This document shows, piece by piece, positions 12,171 through 64,000 of a stretch of 64,000 nt of DNA. The position numbers and the translations under genes were made by a program. The first letter of the stretch is position 1; every line of letters begins with the position of its first letter. This DNA comes from Octopus bimaculoides (taxonomy: Eukaryota): contig NC_069008.1 of assembly GCF_001194135.2 (NCBI RefSeq), positions 568,769 to 632,768 of the forward strand, given 5' to 3'. A model generated the notes under the pieces. It ran no database searches, had not been told where the DNA came from, and saw only the letters and a program-made list of their open reading frames with translations.

Positions 12171-13874
12171 TATACACGCACACACTTGTGTCTTAATGTG
12201 TTTCTATTTATCCCCTGCCACTGCGTGACAAGAGGTGTTGGTTTGTTTATGTCACCGAAACTTTGCCGTTCAACAAAAGAACACAACAGCCTTGTACCAA
12301 CCATTAAAAAAAAAAAACCCATAGGTCCTGGGCTCGATTCATTCGACTAAAAAAAGAAAAGAAAGCCGTCCGAATCGCTGCCCAGCCTGGCTGAGGTCCC
12401 AGTGAAATAAAAGAAGGTGCGTGTGTACATGAAATAGTTTGGTGGTTGTGAGAGAAGAAAGAAGTTCTTGAAAGGGAAGAAATGGTAGAACAGAAGAAAG
12501 AGGGTGGAAGTTTGCTTAAAGCACCCCGTATTAAACCCTCGTATCTTCTTTATTTTGGGGGAAATTTCAGATTTTTGCGAATTTGTATTCTCCACACGGG
12601 AGTTCGTTCATATGATTATCCAAAAACAAAAACAGAAATTTGGGGTGCGTNNNNNNNNNNNNNNNNNNNNNNNNNNNNNNNNNNNNNNNNNNNNNNNNNN
12701 NNNNNNNNNNNNNNNNNNNNNNNNNNNNNNNNNNNNNNNNNNNNNNNNNNNNNNNNNNNNNNNNNNNNNNNNNNNNNNNNNNNNNNNNNNNNNNNNNNNN
12801 NNNNNNNNNNNNNNNNNNNNNNNNNNNNNNNNNNNNNNNNNNNNNNNNNNNNNNNNNNNNNNNNNNNNNNNNNNNNNNNNNNNNNNNNNNNNNNNNNNNN
12901 NNNNNNNNNNNNNNNNNNNNNNNNNNNNNNNNNNNNCCATTTATTTTCCCATGGTTTAATTGTATTTCTTTCAACACACGTATCCACATCAAGAATCTTG
13001 CACACGAAATATGATTTAAGGCTTGTTTAGCTGTTATTTTTAGCACGTCTTATGACCACTTGATACCCACCCCTCTTCGTTTGGTTGTCAGTCTGTGTAT
13101 TGAAGTTTTTCCATTCCGTTCTTTAATGGTCAAATGTCCGTATTTTAAAGTGTGATGCGAAAAGGAAAATTCAAAAAAATTAACCAAAAAAAAAAAAATT
13201 GTTTTTTTTTTAATTTCGGAAAATTAATTTTTTTATTCTTTTTCATAGTTTTTTAAATTCCTGTGTAAATACAAATTCACAAAAATTTCCTGAAAATTCC
13301 AAAACATCAAAAAGATTAGGGATTAAACGGGATGCATAAAGCAGGATTCCACAAAAAAGGGACAGGGAGAGAGAAAGAGAGAGACAGACAGGTAGATAGA
13401 CAGGTAGACAGACAGATAGAGATAGAGAGACAGATGGATAGATAGACAGACAGATAGAGACAGATGGATAGATAGATAGATAAATAGATAGATAGATAGA
13501 GAAAGAGAGAAAGGTCTGCTATGAGAATTCCCACGTGGTTCGTCCGGCGTCACTGCAATTCGTGAACATCTCCAGCCCAACTTTCTGAACAGCTGGGCCG
13601 GTTTGTTTGTTTTTCCTTCTTTCCTTTCCCGTTTCGACAAGTCTTCGCACTAAGGGCTGCTTACAATGGATGATTAAGATTAAAACCACTATATTAATAT
13701 ATTAAAATTAAATGTAGTAAATCTTTAGCTCCGCCGCTCTAAACATTCCGAGTTAAAATCAGCCGAGGCTGATTTTTTTTCTTTTTTATATATCCTCCAA
13801 GGAATTTATAAAATGAAGTTCTTTAAATACTGGGGGGGGGCGATTTAATGAACAGTTAATAATTATAATTCCTT

Positions 13875-14003
13875 TCACATCAAAGTTGTTTTAAAGGAAC
13901 GTGCAACAGACCCAATCTCCACCGAGTGCCCTCGCTTTTTCTGTTCCGCGATGCGGCTCTGTGCAGAGGTTATTTCCCCTGCTTCTTTGATCAGCTGAAC
14001 ACC
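13875..14003 (-). CDS. Possible coding fragment of an unidentified gene, cut by N-gap
   Basis: Non-repetitive open frame GVQLIKEAGEITSAQSRIAEQKKRGHSVEIGSVARSFKTTLM*; no family recognised. Confidence 0.25.
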   Translation of the reverse strand, partial: GVQLIKEAGEITSAQSRIAEQKKRGHSVEIGSVARSFKTTLM

Positions 14004-15124
14004 NNNNNNNNNNNNNNNNNNNNNNNNNNNNNNNNNNNNNNNNNNNNNNNNNNNNNNNNNNNNNNNNNNNNNNNNNNNNNNNNNNNNNNNNNNNNNNNNN
14101 NNNNNNNNNNNNNNNNNNNNNNNNNNNNNNNNNNNNNNNNNNNNNNNNNNNNNNNNNNNNNNNNNNNNNNNNNNNNNNNNNNNNNNNNNNNNNNNNNNNN
14201 NNNNNNNNNNNNNNNNNNNNNNNNNNNNNNNNNNNNNNNNNNNNNNNNNNNNNNNNNNNNNNNNNNNNNNNNNNNNNNGACCGGTCTCACTTCGTGTCAT
14301 CTGCCGAATTGCTTTTGTTGTTCAGCTTCTACCTTTTACTCCTCCTCCCCCTCCTTCTTCTCCTCCTCCTCTTCCTTCTTCTTTTTCTCCTCCTCCTCCT
14401 CTTCCTTCTTCTTTTTCTCCTCCTCCTCCTCTTCCTTCTTCTTCTTGTTCTTCTTCTTCAGGACCTAGATGAGGGTTAGGGTTCAACGCCCTAGCTGTCA
14501 AAGCAACTCCCAATGCCATTCTTGTTCCTTCAGGCAGAATTATTCCACCAAACCTTCCTCCGTGTTTCTCCCTTCCATCTCACAAATGATGGTACAACAA
14601 ATCTCCTCCCCTTCCCCCTCCCCTTCCTCCTCCTCTTCCTATCTTCTTCAGCTTCAAAATGCTTCCAAAAACGAAGACGTATCTGATTTTCCTGGATAAG
14701 CTGTTTATTGAAGCTTTCCATCTCCCAATATGATCAACAACACAGTATTTCTCTCTCCCCTCGGGGCAGAGTTATTACAGCTTACACTGGTGTGGTGGTG
14801 GTGTGGGCAGCCCCTGGTCAGTCTCAATCCAGCAGTTAACCAAATGACCAGGTACCACCCTCATCTCTCTAGCTACTGAACTATTTTTTTGCTTGTGGGC
14901 CATTTAGATTCCTATTTCTTTCTTACAGGACATCCATTGGCATTCGATGTATATTTAAAAAATCCTATTTTTGTGACTGTGTGGTAATCAGTTTGCTTCC
15001 CAACCACATGGTTCCAGGTTCAGTCTCACTGCATGGCACCTTGGACAAGTCTTCTACTATAGCCACAGGCTAACCAGAGCCTTGTGGGTAGATTTGGTAG
15101 ATGGAAACTGAAAGAAGCTTCTCA

Positions 15125-15160
<36 letters not shown>

Positions 15161-15705
15161 TATATACATATTATAATATTATGGATAAAATCCAAAATTA
15201 CAGGTAAAAACTCAATTAAAATCAATTTATTAAAAATTAAAATTAAATTGAGTTTCATTCTGTAGCTGAACAAGATAGGGAGAGGAGGAGGATGAGGAGG
15301 AGATTTGTTGTGCCATCATTTGTTAGATGAGTTCATGAACTTTGATTCTTTTCCCTAAAACTATATANNNNNNNNNNNNNNNNNNNNNNNNNNNNNNNNN
15401 NNNNNNNNNNNNNNNNNNNNNNNNNNNNNNNNNNNNNNNNNNNNNNNNNNNNNNNNNNNNNNNNNNNNNNNNNNNNNNNNNNNNNNNNNNNNNNNNNNNN
15501 NNNNNNNNNNNNNNNNNNNNNNNNNNNNNNNNNNNNNNNNNNNNNNNNNNNNNNNNNNNNNNNNNNNNNNNNNNNNNNNNNNNNNNNNNNNNNNNNNNNN
15601 NNNNNNNNNNNNNNNNNNNNNNNNNNNNNNNNNNNNNNNNNNNNNNNNNNNNNNNNNNNNNNNNNNNNNNNNNNNNNNNNNNNNNNNNNNNNNNNNNNNN
15701 NNNNN

Positions 15706-16200
15706 CTTACCAACCACATGGTTCCGGGTTCATTCCCACTGCGTGGCATCTTGGCGAAGTGTCTTCTACTATAGCCTCGGGCTGACCAAAGCCTTGTGAG
15801 TGGATTTGGTAGACGGAAACTGAAAGAAGTCCGTCGTATATATATATATATATATATGACCGCAGCCACTTGGCTGAAACCCATTAATAAATAAAAAAAT
15901 AAATATATATATATATGTGTGTGTATGTGTGCGTGTGTATGTTTGTGTCTGTGTCCCCCCAACATCGCTTGACAACCGATGCTGGTGTGTTGACGTCCCC
16001 GTAACTTACCTGTCAGGCATAAGAGATCGATTGAATAAGTACTAGGCTTACAAAGAATAAGTCNNNNNNNNNNGATTGAATAAGTACTAGGCTTACAAAG
16101 AATAAGTCCTGGGGTCGATTTGCTCGACTAAAGGCGGTGCTCCAGCATGGCCGCAGTCAAATGACTGAAACAAGTAAAAGAGTAAAGAGTAAAAGAGTAT
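15706..16200 (+). mobile_element. SINE family D copy just upstream of the GCN1 start
   Basis: High similarity to 11299-11671. Confidence 0.85.
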
Positions 16201-16289
16201 ATAGATAGATAGATAGATAGATAGATATATATAGGCATATACACGCTACTAGTACCATGACGACGATGACGACGACGGCAGAGAAACTC

Positions 16290-16330
16290 CGTCCTCAGCC
16301 CCTCACGTCATTTCATATTGCACAACCAAC
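16290..16330 (+). promoter_or_regulatory. Candidate GCN1 proximal promoter/5' leader with CRE-like and C/EBP-like motifs
   Basis: tcacgtca then attgcacaac immediately before the ATG in a CpG-containing patch. Confidence 0.35.
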
Positions 16331-60287
<43,957 letters not shown>

Positions 60288-60829
60288 NNNNNNNNNNNNN
60301 NNNNNNNNNNNNNNNNNNNNNNNNNNNNNNNNNNNNNNNNNNNNNNNNNNNNNNNNNNNNNNNNNNNNNNNNNNNNNNNNNNNNNNNNNNNNNNNNNNNN
60401 NNNNNNNNNNNNNNNNNNNNNNNNNNNNNNNNNNNNNNNNNNNNNNNNNNNNNNNNNNNNNNNNNNNNNNNNNNNNNNNNNNNNNNNNNNNNNNNNNNNN
60501 NNNNNNNNNNNNNNNNNNNNNNNNNNNNNNNNNNNNNNNNNNNNNNNNNNNNNNNNNNNNNNNNNNNNNNNNNNNNNNNNNNNNNNNNNNNNNNNNNNNN
60601 NNNNNNNNNNNNNNNNNNNNNNNNNNNNNNNNNNNNNNNNNNNNNNNNNNNNNNNNNNNNNNNNNNNNNNNNNNNNNNNNNAATTGGCATAAAATAGTCG
60701 TGGCCAAGCAGCAGCAATGAAAATGGAGCAGAATTTATGAGAGTTGAGTGGTGAGTGCGAGTGTGAGTGTTGAGGAAAGCAAGGAACTTGTTGAGGGGAG
60801 AAATGAAATTTTTTTTTTTTAATTATTTC

Positions 60830-60851
60830 AATAAATAAACAAATAAATAAA
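60830..60851 (+). terminator. Candidate GCN1 polyadenylation signals (clustered AATAAA) followed by U/GU-rich sequence
   Basis: AATAAA at 60830, 60842, 60846; downstream ttgtggttttttt. Confidence 0.5.
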
Positions 60852-61548
60852 TTTTGTGCAAAACTAAAAAAAAAATTGTGGTTTTTTTTTTTTGTATTTT
60901 TGTTTTAAATTTGTTGGCGAGAGACATGCATTTAGACAAACAATGATGATGGTTGTCCAGCAGACCTATGATCAAAGACGTTCCAGCTGTGACCATCCTG
61001 TCTTTTATTCAGCCATAGTGTACCTAGGACTACATTATCCAATGGATCCTAAGTTTTCATCATGTTTTGTACATCATTTGCAATGAAATAACATAACGTA
61101 GAGAGAGGAAAGCAGAGACAGAAACGTGTGTGCAATTTTAAAATTGCATGACCTTCAAGCATGGTGCCACATAAAAAGCCCCCCAGGTGCCACATACCCC
61201 CCCCCAGTTGGCAGAGTGGCTGTGTGGTAAGTAGCTTGTGGTAAGTATTTAAAATTAATTGCAAGAAACAGAGTGCCTCAACAAAAATATGGTAACAAAA
61301 GCAGAAAACATAAGAGGAGATCTCAGTATGCTAGAAATAATAGCCTAAATTTCCTCCAATCCACACCCTTCCTACTGCTTCTTATGTCCATCTGCCCAAA
61401 TGTAGAGGTGTGTGCAGCAATTTTAGGGGAGGGGATGAGTCAATTACATCAACCCCAGTGTTCAACTGGCTAAAGGTGCAGGCTTGAGTGGGTGGTAATG
61501 GGCTTGCTTCTCAATCTCTTCCTATATATGATGTCTATGCAGATGGAT

Positions 61549-61995
61549 GGTCTGAAATGGGCTTCAAAGGGTCAAAGGGTCAACTGTCAGAAATTCTATT
61601 GAATTGAATAGCAAATTTCTATTCAGGATGTGGTCAGTTGAGTGTATTGTGTGTTGTGTGGAGTGAATAAAAGATGGTGTGAAAGAGTTTAGGAAGAAAT
61701 TGTTTTTTTTCTTTTATTCCATGTGTTTCTTGTTTTGGTGGGGTGGTAGGGAAGGAATTATTTTTGTGTCAAAACATTTTTTACTTCCTTTTTATTCAGA
61801 ATATGCTCAGAAGTATGTTTATAGTGTGTTAAATGGATAAGACACACAATACATACACAAACGCACACACACACACACATACACAGATGACCACATCCTG
61901 AATAGATATTTGTTATTTGTTTGAAAAGAGTTCTTTTCAATTGAACAGAACTTCTGACGGTTGACCTCATGACCCTTTGAACCCCATTTCAGACC
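61549..61995. repeat. Inverted repeat pair (~90-110-bp arms, ~250-nt spacer)
   Basis: ggtctgaaatgg...aggatgtggtca vs tgaccacatcct...ccatttcagacc. Confidence 0.8.
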
Positions 61996-62019
61996 ACCTA
62001 CATAAACAACAAGTATAAT

Positions 62020-62290
62020 TCTTTTACTTGTTTCAGTCATTTGACTGTGGCCATGCTGGAGCACCACCTCAAGAGGTTTTAGTGGAACAAATCCACCCCA
62101 GGACTTAATTATTTGTAAGTCTAATACTTATTCTATCGGTTACTTTTGCTAAACTGCTAAGTTACGAGGACATAAACACACCAATATCACTTGTAAAGCA
62201 ATGGTGGGCGGAGGAGACATACACAGACACACCAATACACACATATATACGCATAATGAGTTTCTGTCTACCAAATCCACTCACAAGGCT
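62020..62290 (-). mobile_element. SINE family D copy (reverse)
   Basis: Reverse complement of family D. Confidence 0.8.
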
Positions 62291-62641
62291 TTAATAATAA
62301 TAATAATAATAATGATGATAATAATAATATATATATATATATGCAGGGTCACCCAAAAATAGGTTTACGGTTACCATGTGGGCATAAGACTAGCTTGTAT
62401 GGTCTGGCTAAGTCAAAATGTTTTTTGTATTCCTTCTTTCTACTTGGAGAGTTTAAATTTGATTATAAAAATATGTCTTCTGTTTAAATGTAATTTCATT
62501 AAATTTCTATGTCTTTGTGCCGCTGAGGATTGCTCTACTTTTTTATATTTGATGTAATGTTTACATTGCTCAGTTAAATGGAGTCGCATGAAACGATCGT
62601 ACTGCATTACCTTTGGATATTTTTGTTGTTTATTTTGATTT

Positions 62642-62692
<51 letters not shown>

Positions 62693-62833
62693 GTGGCCGG
62701 GAAATAAAAAAAAACAAACGTTTATCTCCGCACCTTACGGACATATCCGACTATCGGCAACATCCGTTAACCTGAAAAGAGGGCAAGAAGTGGGCCTCTG
62801 TTTCTTTTATTTATTTATTTTTTTGTCTGAGAG

Positions 62834-62985
62834 ATGTTGAGCAGCATAAGGTTAGACGACGACGAGGTACAATTACATTAATATTAATAATAATAATAAA
62901 TAATCATAAACGATAATCAACAAAGGTTAAAACGTGGACTTCCATTCAGATGGCCTGGAAAGTCGACGCAAGCGAGATCGAGAGA
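62834..62985 (+). CDS. Possible first two small exons of a downstream gene (62834-62866 and 62950-62985)
   Basis: ATG...GAG|gtacaa, 83-nt AT-rich intron, ttccattcag|36 nt|gtaagt; spliced peptide MLSSIRLDDDEMAWKVDASEIER; no family recognised. Confidence 0.3.
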
Positions 62986-64000
62986 GTAAGTAAGAGAGGG
63001 AGGAGGAGAATAAAGTAAGAGAGAGTGAGTCACAAGATAGCAAAGTAGGCGAAAGAGGAGGTGGAGTCGAAGCTAAGGAGTGTGAGATGGATAAAGTGAA
63101 GGAGAAATGTTGATTAGAGGAGGGAGTGTGACGTAAGAGCCAGGGAAAAAAATAAAGGGAGAGAAGGAAGTATTATGAGAGTAGGAGAAAGCGATGGAGT
63201 AAGAGCGAGAGTAGGAGAAAGCGATGGAGTAAGAGAGGAACCGAGACGTGAAAGGGGGAGATGACTAACAAGGGAGAAAACTATGTGTGTGTGTCAATGA
63301 GTGGGATTAACAGGAAGAGGAATGGGAGGAGATTGAAAGTTAACTGCGTAAAAAGAAAGGGGGAGATAAAACGTGTAAAGCGAAATAGAGAGAGAAACCG
63401 GGAAGAAAAATTAGTAGAAATAGATAGATAGAGAGAGAAAGAGAGAGGTGAAGGGGAGGGAGTCACTCACTGTAAGAGGAAGAGAAAATAAAGAGAGAGA
63501 GGAAGAAAATAATGTGGGGGAGAGTAGAGAGTGAGATGAGTGGGAGGACAAAGGCAAAAAGCAGTGGTAAGAGATACAATATATACGAAGGCGTTGACGT
63601 CGGGAGAGTAATAAAGAGCGAGAGAGGAAAACTAAGAAATAGAACGAGTAAGTATATGAAAGGGGTGAGCGAAGAGAGAGAAACCATATGTGAATATAGG
63701 TAGAGAGAGAGAGAGATGAAAATAGAGTGGGAGGCGATAGGAAGAGGAATGGGAAGAGATGAAAATAATAGTTAGAGTTTGTTTTTGTTTTGTTTTTCTT
63801 TAGCGTGTGAAAGAGAGAGAAAGAGAAAGTATAGAGGGGGAGAAAAGTAAGAGAGAAAGAGAGAGAGAGAGAGAGATACACATGTGTGTGAGAGAGAAAA
63901 AGAGAGAGATACACACAGATTTAGAGTCTATTTATGTGTGTATATGTATATACGTACACATATATAGTATAATATACACACGTACACGTATATATATATA

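Noticed and set aside
14322-14721. Glu/Gly/Lys-rich minus-strand ORFs
   Set aside because: Derived from (GAA/GAG)n simple repeats; all three frames stop before the gap and no family is recognisable

Overview
Eukaryotic, microsatellite- and retroelement-rich genomic DNA with many N-gaps. The repeat families look like an Octopus-type cephalopod assembly (inference from recalled repeat sequences, not proven). The dominant feature is a near-complete GCN1 gene (eIF2-alpha kinase GCN2 activator, HEAT-repeat protein) on the + strand. I traced 50 coding exons by hand from ATG 16331 to the gap at 60288, about 8050 coding nt visible with consistent intron phases. One exon and parts of two others fall in gaps. 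Notable points: a ~110-aa microsatellite-derived charged/Gly-rich insertion in exon 23 with in-frame alternative donors; an out-of-frame uORF overlapping the GCN1 start; a triple perfect CRE 8 kb upstream; several intronic foldback elements and inverted retroelement pairs able to form dsRNA; two ~107- and ~125-bp tandem repeat families, one self-folding and one carrying AG|GT motifs. The rest is SINEs, RTE-LINE 3' ends, mariner/hAT remnants, a solo LTR and simple repeats. Comparisons to human GCN1 are from memory, not an alignment.
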